Source of the DNA: Vicugna vicugna
Lineage: Eukaryota
Assembly (NCBI GenBank): GCA_013265495.1
Contig: MU058221.1
Location: 4,156,001 to 4,220,000 of the forward strand
Reading direction: 5' to 3'
Length of the DNA stretch: 64,000 nucleotides
In this document: positions 12,900 through 25,999 of the stretch, one piece after another
Numbering within the stretch: the stretch's first letter is position 1
How the letters are laid out: every line of letters starts with the position of its first letter
Notes under the pieces: generated by a model
Seen by the model: the letters and a program-made list of their open reading frames with translations, nothing else
Told to the model about the DNA's origin: nothing
Databases searched by the model: none
Made by a program: the position numbers and the translations under genes

Positions 12900-14700
12900 T
12901 GCCACCCTCCAAGCATCCACGCCCTGTTGCAGAGGAAGAGGCAATTTTTACTTCTATGATGTGTCTGCCCTTTTTTACTACCAAATTTTAGTCCCATGTG
13001 CTATAATCATGCTGTTGTGGGGTTTTGCAGAGGGGGATTTCTTAATTTTAAACATTCTATTGACTTCTGGTACTTTCTTGAGGGTTTAACTTCCTCAGGC
13101 TTCTTCCCACACCCCTGCCTCGGTGGTTATATCACCATTTAAGGTTAAATCAGTCACCAGAGTTTATCTTATTATTACTCAGTATCATTTATTTACTCCT
13201 CAGCCCAAAGCTATCATGGTTGTGTCTTTTTCTGTTTTTCCTGGAGTCATTAATTCATTTCCCATTTTTAAGTTACTTAGATTTAAAAGCACCTATCACT
13301 TTGCAAAATGTTCCAACATATCTACCAGGGACATAGTAGTACTTTTTCCAAGGACTCAAACATATTGAACAATGTATCAAAGGCATTTTTTTCATCTTCT
13401 TCCCTCTACCATCTCCCAGGGATAGTCTCCTCCCAGCCCCCTGCCCCAGACAAGTCTGGTTTGTTCTGTATTCATTTGGTTGTTCCCTCTGTCTATTGGA
13501 CACCTGTTGCCCAAGGGCCACCCTGTGTTGGGTCCACTGATACCTCTTCCTTCACTTTCTTGGTCTTGACTTATGGTCATCTTGACTTGGTGTGGAAGTC
13601 TGAGTTAAAACCATTTCTCTTGGAATTTTGAAAATATTATATCACCTGCCCTCTATCCTCTTGGAATGCTTTTTTACATAGGGATAGGATATATATACAA
13701 TTTAAGCTAACATGTTCATTTTTAAAATATGTATTCTTTCTTTTTTTTTTTAGATTCCACATATAAGTGATATCATCCTGTATTTTTCTTAAATTGACAC
13801 AACATTGAAAACTGACTATACTTCAGCGAAAAAAAAAACCTACGTATTACTTCTAATTCGTCCTGTTTTCTAGCATCTTTTTGTTAAATGGATGCATGAT
13901 TTTCTTTCATGCCGCTCAGTGTATTGATTATAGGTTATTTTGTTTCCCTTTTTGCTTCTCATTTATTTCTTTGTGTATCTGTCTTTCATGTTGGAGGAGT
14001 TTTTAAAATGTCTGTCATCCTTGATTGACTCTCCAGGCATATTTAGAAGGTTGGCTGGCGGCTGTGTGGGTATGGAAAATCTTTACCGTCTTTTGGACTT
14101 CACTGTGGGAATATCAGGCAGGGAACTGAATGATGGTTGTTTTACCCACAACTTCCAGTTTCTATAAATGAAGCTTCCAGTGTTCTACCTGGATCATTTT
14201 CGCCTGTCCACCAGAACGAGGACAGCAGGATGGAAAAGGTGGCTGGGGTTCTCTTCAATAAGCATGCACCTGACTCGCCATCTTCCTTCCCATCTCACCC
14301 TCATCTTCTGCTGTGCCTAGTGGACCAGAGACTACAGGCTTTTGGATTTGACTTCTCCAAGGAACATGCCACAGATCCTCTCACAGGAGAGGAGTAATCA
14401 TTCGACTGTGCATGGGTAGACCTGTCAAACAACCCGCCCATTTTAGTCTCTTCAATCAGGACCGCCTTCTGTGGTATGAGCCTCGCATTTCGGAGTCTTT
14501 ACAGGACCCTCATATGCAATTACCTTGCTCTTCATTGCTGGTCCTCCGCTGTCGGTTCCCTCTCTTCTCCTAACCCTCCCTCATTTTTCCATCTTCCAAT
14601 GCCGTGCTCTCTCCTGGTCATTATAATTCTTCCCTTCCCTTCACAGTTTTCCTCTTGTGGATTTATGAATTTTCAATCTGCTCTCATTTTCTCTGTTTAG
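12900..14700 (-). mobile_element. Ancient L1M/HAL1-type relic (antisense), interrupted by a younger L1
   Basis: T-rich; tctttcatgttggaggagtttttaaaatgtctgtcatccttg resembles the recalled HAL1/L1ME antisense; boundaries approximate. Confidence 0.45.
13736..13838 (+). mobile_element. Short 5'-inverted L1 insertion
   Basis: 13736-13790 is antisense L1 (reverse complement atgatatcacttatatgtggaatctaaaa); 13791-13838 is the sense L1 terminus with poly(A). Confidence 0.8.
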
Positions 14701-15559
14701 CCAGAAATCTAGATTAGGAATCTAATCTTTTTTTGACCCAACACACTGGAGAACATAATTCTATCAGTCACAGTGGCACACTTACAGAGAGATATTCAAA
14801 ACAGGATAAAGAGGAGGTCATATCAGAATCACTGAGGGGTAAGGAGAGAACACGTGTAGTTGACCTTCTTCCCAGAGCAGGTTTGCATACCGAGTCCAGC
14901 TTGGGCTAAAAACCTATACATGACTTTGCAGGTCCCAACATAATGCAGTTTACAGAGGGCCTACCTGGCAGTCCCCACGGGGAAAGCCGGCCTCCCCACG
15001 CTGGACCTGGTGCACAACCCATGCGTTACAAACTCAAAGGGGAGTTACAGTCGAGGACTAAGCCCCCAGCAGCCTGCATTCCAGAACCACGTCTTGGGTG
15101 TTCTTCAGGTGCCTCTGCGGAGGCCTCCCTTAGGAGGTGGGAAGGCAGCGGGGAGCTTGAAGATGCCTTTCCTCACTCTGACTCAGCACTCAGGGCTTGT
15201 CCACTCCTAGCTCTTTCCCCCGGCTCCGCACCCAGCCCCAGGGACCATAAAACTATCGTTTCAGGCTTCTTCAACAGCGAGACAAACTCTCCATCTGTGC
15301 TGATCCACCAGACCCTCAACCGCTGGGCTGGTCCACGGGAGAAAACGGAGCAAAGGAGGGTCATTCCTTTCTGTGGCTCTGTGTCTGGCTTATACTATCA
15401 CGGCAAGTGACTGAAGTCCTGACTGCGTGTTCCCTTCTGGCTTGGTACTTCAATGGCTCCTCCAACATCTGGCAGCTTAGCCGATTCTGGTCCCCCTGAG
15501 CTCCTCGCTTAGACCCTCCCCTGCCCCAGACTGCCCACGTTCAAATCTTGACCCAACCA

Positions 15560-15760
15560 GCACCGACACCAACACAAAGGAAGCGCTTTGTGGCTTTACA
15601 CAAATTATCTAACTTCCTTGAGCCTCAGATTCCTCATCTTAAAATAGGAACAATAGCCTTCACCACCTTCAGCTTCGGGAGGGTTCAATGGGACGGCTTA
15701 TGGAAGGATTTTCAAGGTCTCCGCCACATAGTAAATGCTAGTCAATATTAATAATGATAC
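15560..15760 (+). mobile_element. MIR SINE
   Basis: caaattatctaacttccttgagcctcagattcctcatcttaaaatagg...cacatagtaaatgct. Confidence 0.75.
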
Positions 15761-16247
15761 TGAAGATGATGGTAATGATGATTTAGATTGTTCAGTATCA
15801 GATCCCTCCAAAAACCTACACATTTTTCTCCATAAAGGAGTTGGAGTCAAGTGTCTAATTCATTTTCTCTCACTAAAAAATTAAACACCAGTGTTTAAAT
15901 AATGATGAGCAGGGAGTTCCAGGAGAATGAGTAATTTGAGCCTTGGGTCCTCAATTGAAATTTTATTTGAATTTTAATGAAACGATGCATTGGCTCAGAC
16001 TATAAACCACGTCCCCAGCGCTAAGGCAGCAGGTTGGGATTCATCTCGGGCCTCCATTTCAGCCTCCGAGATCCATTTATTTGTGCTCTATGAAATGTTT
16101 TCAAGCTTTCTTGTTTTCATTATGGATTTTTGTTAAGGCCTACGCTGTCCTAAGAAAAGATCTTTATTTTCCTTCTCTAAGCCCATAACCACGTTATATA
16201 ATCCCAGCTTCACACCTTCATGTCAGGAAGGCAGGATAGAAACTCTT

Positions 16248-16390
16248 GGGGGGAGGGTATAGCTCAAGAGGTAGAGCACATGCTCAGCACACACAAGGTC
16301 CCGGGTTCAACCCCCAGCACCTCCTCCAAACAGAAATAAATGAATAAACCTAATTACCTCCTCCTCATAAAACAAACAAAACAAGCAAAA
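16248..16390 (+). mobile_element. Camelid tRNA-derived SINE (Vic-1-like)
   Basis: ggggggagggtatagctcaagaggtagagcac...gggttcaacccccagcacc...aaacctaattacctcc; same family as 9096. Confidence 0.9.
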
Positions 16391-16433
16391 TGTGTGCTTT
16401 GATATTGTTCCACAAATCTGTCTCATCCTTTGA

Positions 16434-16486
16434 AACAGAAATTGACACATTGTAACTAACGGTACTTTAATTAAAAAAAAGAAAAA
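16434..16486 (+). mobile_element. L1 extreme 3' tail
   Basis: agaaattgacacattgtaactaac...aattaaaaaaaa. Confidence 0.7.
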
Positions 16487-17120
16487 TGCTTGACAGCTGA
16501 AGATCATTTCCTCTTCTGGCTCTCCCGTGTCCTCCGCCTTCTCAGAACACGTTGGCCCAACTGCTAGTCGTTTTTCAAATGGACTCCTCCCAGTACATCC
16601 TCATGGATAGATGCAACTACTTACAAGATGCACCGGGGTGTACAGGCATTGTAACCAACTAATTCAGTGCACAGAGAAAAGACAGGTGCTCTTTACCACT
16701 CTGCAGGAAGCAGGCTTAGAGGCAGCAAGATTTTCTTACTATGCATGCATTCATTTATTCATTCATTCTGTTCCTCCATGTATGCAGTAGTCATTGTGTG
16801 ACTTCTACATGTCAGGCAGCTCCGAGCTGCATAATTATCTCATAACCACCTCTGCAAGGAGAAAGGGTCAATTTCTCTCCAGCTGGGCCTCTTGGGCGAA
16901 CACTGTTACCTGCATTGATCATCATTCCCTTTCAGAAAGAAATCCATTCCACACGAGAAGTTTTACTTTGTTTTTTTGTTCTTGTTGTTTTTGGTTTTTT
17001 CATTGATTTGATTCTCTCTTTGGGCAAACACACAGTTATTTTGGCCAAGGTGAAAACATAACCTCAAAAAAAAAAAAACTAGTTAAATGTATATGGGAAT
17101 AGAAAACGATCAGTGATTTT

Positions 17121-17142
17121 TGTGTGTGTGTGTGTGTGTGTG
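17121..17142. repeat. (TG)n microsatellite
   Basis: Directly visible run of about 11 TG units. Confidence 0.95.
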
Positions 17143-19428
17143 GTAAAACAATCATTTGCCAGATTCTTTTAATACCTTCTGCTTGTGAAGGCGCCTTGGG
17201 GATGTTTATTAAATTCTCAAAGCATCCACAGGAAGGCAGTGAGAACTGGGATGCAGTGTTTACAAGTGTACAAGGAGGTGTTTTATGATAGATTCAGGGA
17301 AATAGGAAAATTATATAAGTGAAATAATAATATCAACCTTTTTTTTTTGCTTATTTTATGTTTCATAAGATGTGACCAATGAAGATGAAAATATGGGTCT
17401 TAGGATGCGTTAATGAGAATATTGGGTCCAGTAATGAGGGCTGATTTGGTGAAGAGTGGCTAGAATTTTGAGAGTCTAGAATTCTTTCCATAGCAAACAA
17501 TTCAAAAAACTATCAGTATAGATCTGGTGAAAATTAGCAGAAGGGTAGGAAAGAACTGGAGTATTTTGCACTCATAAAATACATCATTTTTTTCTTATTT
17601 GAATTGTTTGATGTAGGTCTAGGCAATCCAGATAGGAAAGATTGAGCTACAAACAGGAGCTAAGCTTCACTTATTAAAAAGGAAAATAGGAAAGTAAAAA
17701 TTAATAGTGGGAAGTAGAGAGGGCAAAAGTTAAAATTAAATTTTATAAGATATGAAAATTCCTGTTTCTTTAAGAGGCTTATCTCCAACTGTAGATGATA
17801 CAAGTCAGTTCTATGTATCTTAAAGGAAAATCTGATGTAAATCTTAGGCCCAGTATTGGTGGGTCAGTTGGGAACGACACAAAGATGATCACAACTCTTG
17901 CATTTTAAAAGATTTTGGCAGATGTCCTTGGCTGAGAAACTGAAACCCAAAATACCATTTGTGGCACCAGATGGGGTTTATGAGTTAAAATGTACTTTGT
18001 ACTGAAGAATACACGTCTTCTTCTAAAGATTGGCTCATGATTTATTCATGGGTTAAGGTCACTCAACACTGAAGACATGCAGGTGTGCAGCCAGATTATT
18101 TCCAGTGAACATCTGGAACCTCTTGGCTTGGTATTAACGTGGGTCACAAAGCTGGTCTTAGGTTGAAGCTTTATCACATGGCAAGGTGGACGTTCACAGG
18201 TGTGTTATTTGTGACGCCAAGTGAGAAAAACGAATGCAAATATTTGTGGAATGAGATGAACAGACTTGCGAAATCTTTAAAGAGGCATTTCAGAAAAACG
18301 CATCCAGCGGTATTTCTTAAGCTCCTAATCTGTGTCGGAAACAGTGCTAGTGGGTTGGTGCAGTCAGTCTGCAGGCAGCACACTCAGTTCATCACGTAAT
18401 TTCTAACAGAGCGGAAACCCTGTAAAGGGAAGCCATCCCTTATTATGGCAGGCAGATTCCGAAGGGAAAATATGTTACACTTCCAGGTTTTCTGATGATC
18501 TGCATGGTCCTAGGACAGTTATCTTGCTCTGTCCCTTAAATCAGCCTCCTCAAACCCTGCTCAAACACCAAATAAATTGCTGCTTGCTCTTCCTGCGAAG
18601 TCAGTGTACCCTGGAACAAATGTCTGTTACCTGCTAAGGATGTCTAAGCTCCTGACAATTGCCCCTCGTGCAACAGTAACATCGATCATCCAGGAACCAC
18701 CCTTTATCATTTCATAAAGGCCTGGATGCTGCGAGCTGTCGTGAACTGCAGGCTGCCTCCGAGCGAGACCACAACAGACGTTGTTCTGTCCAGGCATGAA
18801 ACAGCAAAAGCCAGTCCAAACGAAGCAGCTCACCAAGCAAAGCTCTTCCCAGATTATCTGGACCTGCTCCCTCTTTTTTTCCATCACATGTTACTACACC
18901 CTTTTTCCTTTGTTTTTTCTGTGAGATCAGACACATCCTGGATTTTTCCATAGGTGTCAGCCCTTAATACAAAAATCCTCTAAATTCTATGGATTTTATC
19001 AACTTGATACTTGCCACCCTTTTAATTTCCATAGGAACTGCTTTCCTTGGTAAGCCTCTAGGGTTTCTGGGAAAATGTATGTCTGGGTATATTAAGTCAA
19101 GCTTCACATAGCACTTTCCTAAGGCCAAAGTCTAAATGTGTTTGCAGGGAATCTAATAGGCATTCCACAAATAATAACTGAGTAATAATCTCTTTTTGAC
19201 CTTTAAATTACAATGTTTCCTTACCCACAATTTTCCCTGTGTTCCTAGTCACTGACCCCGCCACCACCAATTAGTTTCAGCTCCTCTTGGTTCTATGCGT
19301 CATATTTTACCATAGAGCAATTAAATGAAGTGTCACCAGGATGAAATCAGAAGGAATCAGGTTTTCTACCCAGATGATGTTGTATGCAAAGCCATTTCTG
19401 AATCATAACTTCCTCAAAAATTAATGAA

Positions 19429-19670
19429 GGGGGAGGGACAAATTAGGAGTTTGAAATGAACAGATATACATTACTACATATAAAATAGATAAACAGCAAG
19501 GACCTACTGCATACCACAGGGAACTATATTCAATACTTCATAATAACATATAATGGAAAAGAATCTGAAAAATATATGTGTGTATGTATATGCATAACTG
19601 AATTGCTTTGCTTTACACTTGAAACTAACATTGTAAATCAACTACACTTCAATAAAACTAAAATTTAAAA
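19429..19670 (+). mobile_element. L1 3' UTR insertion
   Basis: ggggagggacaaattaggagtttg...ctacacttcaataaaa; flanked by aaaa(t/a)taatgaag direct repeats. Confidence 0.88.
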
Positions 19671-20331
19671 AAATAATGAAGACAATATGTAAGGTAGAAT
19701 GCTTAAATGTCCAGTCAACTGTCAATAATTATGGAATAGGTTTTGAAATTTAGTCTGTTGCTTAGTGTCTCCAGTCTTTTCTATTCTTCAAGCATGACAG
19801 CAGAAATTCAGCTTCCTTCTTCTTTGCTTACTCCATGGCACCTGCCCGGGGGCTTTGATGCCATGCACGCCCAGGGAAAGCTCATTGACTCAATTATCAA
19901 TAGATAGGAAATATTTGCCTCTGCTTCAGGCTTGGACAATTCTCATATTATCATTCTTAAAGCAGAGGACAAGAGCTGATGTCAATAAACTTATAAATAA
20001 TTTAAAAGGCATATTGGCATTGCTCTAGGAAATACTCACATTTGTGAAATCCACATGTCTACATGCATATTTATAGCTTCTCTGCATGTCTGTACATCAT
20101 CTTGAACATCTAAGTTTGGGGCCAGGTAATAGAATCCTTTTAGTCAGTGATTTCCCGCACCCAAGAGCATGATTTTAAAATCATCCCCTTCTTAAATCCT
20201 CCCCAAGCAGGAGAATATCTAATTTGACACACCACAACCAAATCACGATATCGTCAAAGTAATGGTTCATTAAAGGCACATTCTCTTTGCTTCTTTTTTT
20301 TTAAATAGATGGGATAATAATGATAGATACA

Positions 20332-20670
20332 ATTTTTTTTTTAGTTTTAAGAATTTTATTAAATCCCTTCTATTGGTTTTTGTCTGATGTTTTTCTTATA
20401 ATTTTTTAAATTAAAGTACAGTCAGTTATAATGTGTCAATTTCTGGTGTGCAGCACAATGTCCCAGTCATGCATAGACATACATATATTAATCTCTTTCA
20501 TTAAAGATTATTACAAGATATTGAATATAGTTTCCTGCACTACACAGCATAAACTTTTTTAAAAATCTGTTTTTATATATAGTAGCTAACATTTGCAAAT
20601 CTCAAACTCCCGAACGTATCCTTTTCCACCCCTTTTCCCCCAGTAACCATAAGATTGTTTACTATGTCTG
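20332..20670 (-). mobile_element. L1 3' UTR insertion (antisense) with candidate 3' transduction
   Basis: 20402-20670 is antisense L1 3' UTR; 20343-20401 is an extra segment with its own AATAAA (minus strand) and poly(A); TSD tgatagataca / caatagatata. Confidence 0.85.
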
Positions 20671-20689
20671 CAATAGATATATCTTACGT

Positions 20690-20807
20690 CATGTTTACTC
20701 TGTGCCAGGCACTATTCTAAATGGTACACATGCAATAAGTTTATTAATTGGCACAAAAACTTTATAGGGTGATATTATTCTCATCGCATTTTAAAGGCTA
20801 AGAAAAT
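20690..20807 (-). mobile_element. MIR, split by an LTR (continues at about 21333-21410)
   Basis: tgtgccaggcactattctaaat...attattctcatcgcattttaaag; resumes after the LTR as gagtcatagggaggcta...ttacccag. Confidence 0.65.
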
Positions 20808-21328
20808 TGTAACACAAAAGAACAAATCTGACTCTGTATCAGATCTCCTTCTTTGACGTTAAGCCTGTGCCCCGTTTTCTAGGTTTAGTCTTGCTATCTC
20901 TGCACCTTTTGAAAAGAACATTGCCTTTAGCTTGAAATATACAGGAGAGCCTGTTCTCAAGGCTCTAACCTTTAAGGATATTAACATTTTTGCACTTATA
21001 TAAAGATAACACGTTACAGAATAGAAAATAACATTTGTTTTGTTGGAGGTTTTACAGAGGCACCGTGACCTGACCCACGTGGACAGTTGCAGGAACAAAG
21101 AATTCCTACACCAAGAAGTTGGCAGCGACCAACCACACCCCTTCCTCTTTTTAGTATAAAAGGAGCCTCAGTTCTGACTTGGGGAAGATGGTTCTCCAGG
21201 ACATGAGTCTGCCATCATCTCGGTCTGCCAGCTTTCTGAATAAAGTCACTATTCCTTGCCCTAACACTTCATTTCCCATTTTATTGGCCTGCTGTACAGC
21301 GAGCAGAACAAGCTTGGACTCAGTAACA
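20808..21328 (+). mobile_element. ERV1-class solo LTR (MER34/MER39-like 3' end)
   Basis: TGTAAC...GTAACA termini, 521 bp, TATA (agtataaaagg) near 21153, AATAAA near 21239; no PBS follows. Confidence 0.88.
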
Positions 21329-23559
21329 ATACGAGTCATAGGGAGGCTACATCCCTTGGTCAGTGTTACCCAGTTCTTCAGTGTCACAGCCTGGTCTGGA
21401 CCAAAGATGCTTGCTCCAAGTTTCATCTTCTTAAGCTCCGGATCTTGTGTTTTTCTTAGACAATCAGGGGTCAGAGGAAGGAGGGCCTTTTAAAGAACTG
21501 ACATATTTAAATCGTTACTATTTGGTTTCATTTGAAACCTCACCCTGGGATTAGTTTGCAAGTTGTTTAACCACCGTTAACATAGATGGTAAATGGAACT
21601 GAGAGTGCAGTTTCAGCCTGTGGATCGTTTGGCCTGAAAGTTAATGTTTGCTCTGGACAGTTTCCAAGACAGCAGTTGCAGGGATTTTAGGTGGACTAAA
21701 AGGGAACAGAGGAAGATCTGGGAGCAACAGTCTCATAGAGGAGGATCAGAACAGCCAGACTGTTGCTTGATTTTATGCTAGGCTCTCGGTTGGAGTTAAA
21801 AACAAACAAAAAAGCAGAAACAAAAACAGGGCACAGTTGCATAAGAAAAACTTGCACCTCTCTTCCCATTCTAGAGCTGCATCTGCGAATGCGCCTTCCC
21901 GACACAGACCTCAGCAGAAGATAACTTGACTGATTTGATTCCAGGGCACTCCTTTTATTAAAAAAAGTCCTACATCATTGAGTTCATCTTTTCCCAAACA
22001 GCCTTGCCTTAGAGACCATTAAATACTTGTCAATATATTTCAAGTACATGTATTCTCATTCTCTTCGTTCTTTTTTTTTTTTCTCCTTTATGTACTTAGA
22101 TTTCTCTGAATTTGATGAGAAGGGATGGGGTGATTAATAGGGTGATTCTGAAGACCCTGTTTGTAATTCCATCAAAACACCACAAAATTCCACCTTGTTC
22201 TCCTCAAAGGATTCAATACAATTAATGCAACCTATCATGAAATCCTTTTCTGATCATGTTTCCAACTAGCTGGATATTCCTAGAGTAGGTCCCATGGGGT
22301 AGTCCCTGCCTTTTCCTGTTCCTTGACCCATGGGCTTCATTGATTAGCACATAGTGAGCAAGCAAGTTGAGGAAACAGGAAAGGCCAGTACTTTTGGAAG
22401 GCAGGGTACACTCACGTGAGAACCTGGAAGGGGAGACAGGCCCCAAACTGAAGAAGGGTGGGGACAGAGGAAACTTTGCATCATTTTCCTAAGGGCTGGT
22501 CCAGGCAAAGTCCTATAACACTTGACCTCTCCAAGCAAGTCTAATATTTTAAAATAGGTAAAACATCTTAACTGGCTTATGACATCATGTCTGAGCCACA
22601 GAACCACATCTGGCCAAGCTGCAGCCCAAATCATCCGAGTGATGATGTCTTTGTAGTTTTGCAAATTTCTCAAACAAGACATTCAATTAGTGCTCATTAT
22701 GATGGAAGAGATGTCTTGGCAGCTTATCCATCCTCCCTTTGCTGCCTCCAAGTAGTCCCAGAGACTTCTGGAAATCTTCCCTCCACAAAGTCACGCAAGA
22801 CGTGCTCGTTACTGAGCCATTACAGCCATGCTGGATAAATATAGGGGAAGAACATATTCTGGTCCCAAAAAGCACAAGTTACAGATGGTCCTGTCACATG
22901 GCTGTGGCCAACACATGTTTCAGGTCTTGGGAGGACAGAAAGACTAGTAGATAACTGGTTGATATCAGCCAAAAAGAGGTAATTCCCTCCCCTAGCATTT
23001 AACTTCCCGTTAGTACAGAGTTTTAGAATGAAACACTCATAAAGACAGCTACTGTACACTTAAAATCTACACAATCTTGCTAGGATTGCTAGGCAATTTG
23101 CTATACGCTTAATATATCTGTATATATGACAGGTGGTGAAGATGGACTCGTAATTTCTTGAACACTTACTGGGGGAAGAATGAAAAAGGAAACAAAATTG
23201 AACTTATGGGGAAATCTGAATTTGCCATGAGATGCTCCTCATGGAATGATACTTAAAATATTTAAAATGAAGAGTTTCAGGAAAATCAACTTAAAATGAA
23301 TTTCAGAAAACAGACTAATTTCCTGATGTGTAAGAGTGTTTTTTAGGAGCCAGTGATCTACACAATATCCCTGCAGAGTTTCTTGCAAAGCAAATAGATA
23401 TATCCATTGTCATCATTCTTGGGAAGGTCAGTCCAGGGGTAGGAAATTAAGATTGGAGATAAGGATTTAAAACTGGAGGTGTTCCATCAGATTCCCTTGG
23501 GTATCTTTGATCATTTTAGTGACACCTCTGCCTCTATTTGCTTTTGCTTCAAACTACCC

Positions 23560-24440
23560 CTATTTGTGACTCTTTTTGTACAGTTGCCCCCAGTTACTAG
23601 AGCTAGAAATGCCTGCAAGGTGGTGTGCCCCTGGAGCAGCCATTAGCCAGTTGTAATAGAAAAGAACAAATCTGGCTGCATATTAGATCTGTTCCTTTGA
23701 CTTTAACCCTGTGTCCGGTTTCCTAGGCTTAGTCTTGCTGGCTCTGCACCTTTTGTAAAAAAAGTTGCCTATAGACTGAAATAGACAGGAGAGCCTGTTC
23801 TCAAGGCTCTGAACTTTAAGGATATTAACACTTTTCCATTCACACAAAGGTAATAAGTTGCAGAATAGAAAATAACGTTCGATTTTTTTGGTGGTTTACA
23901 CGGACACCATGTCCTGACCCATGTGGATAGTTGCAAGAACAAAGGATTCCTACACCAAGAAGTTTGCAACAACCAAGCATTCCCCTTCCCCGTTTTCAGT
24001 ATACAAGGAGCCTGAATTCTAACTTGGGGAAGATGGTTCTCCAGGACATTAGTCTGCCATCTTCTTGGTTTGCCATTTTTCTGAATAAAATCATTATTCC
24101 TTGCCCCAACACCTCATCTCCCAATTTACTGGCCCGTTGGGTGGCGAGCAGAACAAGTTTGGACTCGGTAACACAATGACTCGGTAATGTCAGAGTAGGA
24201 GAGCCCAGATCCTTGCCTCAAGTTGATACAAATTCTAGGGTGTAATTTACACATCAGGGCTCCTGGTGGACAAGGTTGATGCTGGGATTTTGCCTGTAAT
24301 TGCATCCTGGCTTGAGTTCCTTCTTTGGTTTGTTTTCCCCATTCTCTTATAAATTTCTCCTGGGAGCAATTCTGTAACAAATCATTGGCACATGGGTCCT
24401 CATCTCAAGGTCTTATTTTAAGAAAACATGGACTGTAACA
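23560..24440 (+). mobile_element. ERVL LTR16-like element hosting a nested LTR
   Basis: ggagcagccattagcca[LTR]atgact...ctcctgggagcaattc...catctcaaggtctta...ctgtaaca resembles the recalled LTR16 consensus. Confidence 0.55.
23652..24173 (+). mobile_element. ERV1-class solo LTR, same family as 20808-21328
   Basis: TGTAAT...GTAACA termini, 522 bp, colinear with the first copy; 4-bp TSD cagt/caat. Confidence 0.88.
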
Positions 24441-24764
24441 AGTGGTATGAGGGATAAATCTCCCCCAGCTTTCTTTGAACTTCTAGACTTGATTTTGCTC
24501 AGATTCTGAAATACAGGATTATACATAGTGCTTTCAGAATGTGTGTGGAGGTCAACAGTGAAAGGAAGGTGAGGTAGGAAAAGGTAAAAGCTGCCCTTGA
24601 ACCCATGGAGAGGACTGAAAGGGAGAGAATTAACCCAGGAAAGACCATGTAAGTCTATCTTGGCCTATGTAGGAGTTTAAGGTGCTCTGTTGAGTTTACT
24701 TTCCATCTGATCTGATCTTTCAGTAAAACCTTGTTAAAATTTACTCCAAGCACATAGAAAACCT

Positions 24765-25330
24765 CATAGTAGAATCAATGACCTTTAGACAAAGATGACC
24801 AGAAATCTACTCCTAGTTAAACAAGTTGGGTTTATTACTCATTGCAGAAGGGGTAGGGTTGGGGGGAGACAAACACCGTAAGAAACCATGGCTTATCTCA
24901 GCTACAGGATGTTAGAAAGGACCTAGTTTAGGATTTGGGATTTGGTTGGATGGTTTGGGGGAGGGTCTAAGGAAGCAGGGGTTCGCTATAGTTTGGAAGC
25001 TATCAGAAAGCAGGTGTTGTTCTATGACTGGATAGCTCAAAAAATCCCATCTACCACAAAGACAAAACTGTAATGGATACAGAAGTAACATATTTTGGCC
25101 AAGAGAGGGGGTGTTGAGTGTTTTGTGGCTGGCTCAGTGACCTTGTTTCTGCCTGTGCTTAGACAAAATTATGAAGTAGACTTGTTTTTTCTCATTTTAT
25201 CATGCTCTCTGACTAACCTTGTCTGCGACTGGTATTCTGTGAGATTGTTTATGTTTAACAGCAGAATAATTGAGCTTTGCTGTGAGTTCCAAGCCTGATT
25301 TCAAATATCAGGGGCTGCTCTTTTTGTTAT
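24765..25330 (-). mobile_element. Ancient ERV LTR (antisense)
   Basis: aagttgggtttattactcattgc (minus-strand AATAAA)...gcttagacaaaattatgaag...tcaggggctgctc; subfamily not resolved. Confidence 0.55.
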
Positions 25331-25395
25331 TATTAATTTGTGTTTTGGTTCTTGTTTTTGTTTTACTCAGGGACTTCTTATTACTCTTAGAATTT

Positions 25396-25938
25396 TGGGG
25401 GAGGGGGAAATTTCCTCCTTATCCTATTGAGTTCTCTTGGCTGGTCTAAAAATTAAATTGACACAAGACAGATTAACAGGAGGAAGAAATAAAACAAATT
25501 TAAGTCACGCACATGGAGGTCTCATAGAAGTAGGACCTGAGAAGTGGACATAGCAGGCAACTTTTATACTTTTTAAACAAAATAATAATTATAATTACAA
25601 TAAATCTGTGAGGAATTAAAAGGACAAAGAAAGTTAGGTTTTGGGTGCCCAGTTAGTGAAGAATCCAAACAGAGTTTGGGGTAGTAAATTAGTAAAGAAG
25701 TAACAAGGATTGGTTATACATGCATCTTGGACCTAAATTCTCTGTCTCTGGTGACAAGAATGTTATACTACCTCCAGATGCAGGAAGGTCACCTTTCACG
25801 TGGGAGACTTATTTCCTGCTTTCAAGGAGACAAGAAAAGTTCCCCTCGTGCACTGGCCATTTCTTAAATAACTTTAAATCAAAATAATGAATATGCTACT
25901 TTGGCGTATTATGGGAAGGCCAGCCCTGAGCCCCAAAC
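25396..25938 (-). mobile_element. ERV LTR-like element (antisense)
   Basis: aaattgacacaagacagattaacagg...ttatttcctgctttcaaggagaca...ccctgagcccc resembles ERV1 LTRs. Confidence 0.55.
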
Positions 25939-25999
25939 GGAATGAAAGTGAACTTCCTAAATGGTCTGAAAGGTCTTGGTGGATAGCCTTCTGCCAACT

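Noticed and set aside
17360..17450. Possible L3/CR1 relic
   Set aside because: Similarity too weak to call by eye
20808..24173. Single deleted provirus between two LTRs
   Set aside because: No PBS or PPT, each LTR interrupts a different host repeat, and the second has its own TSD
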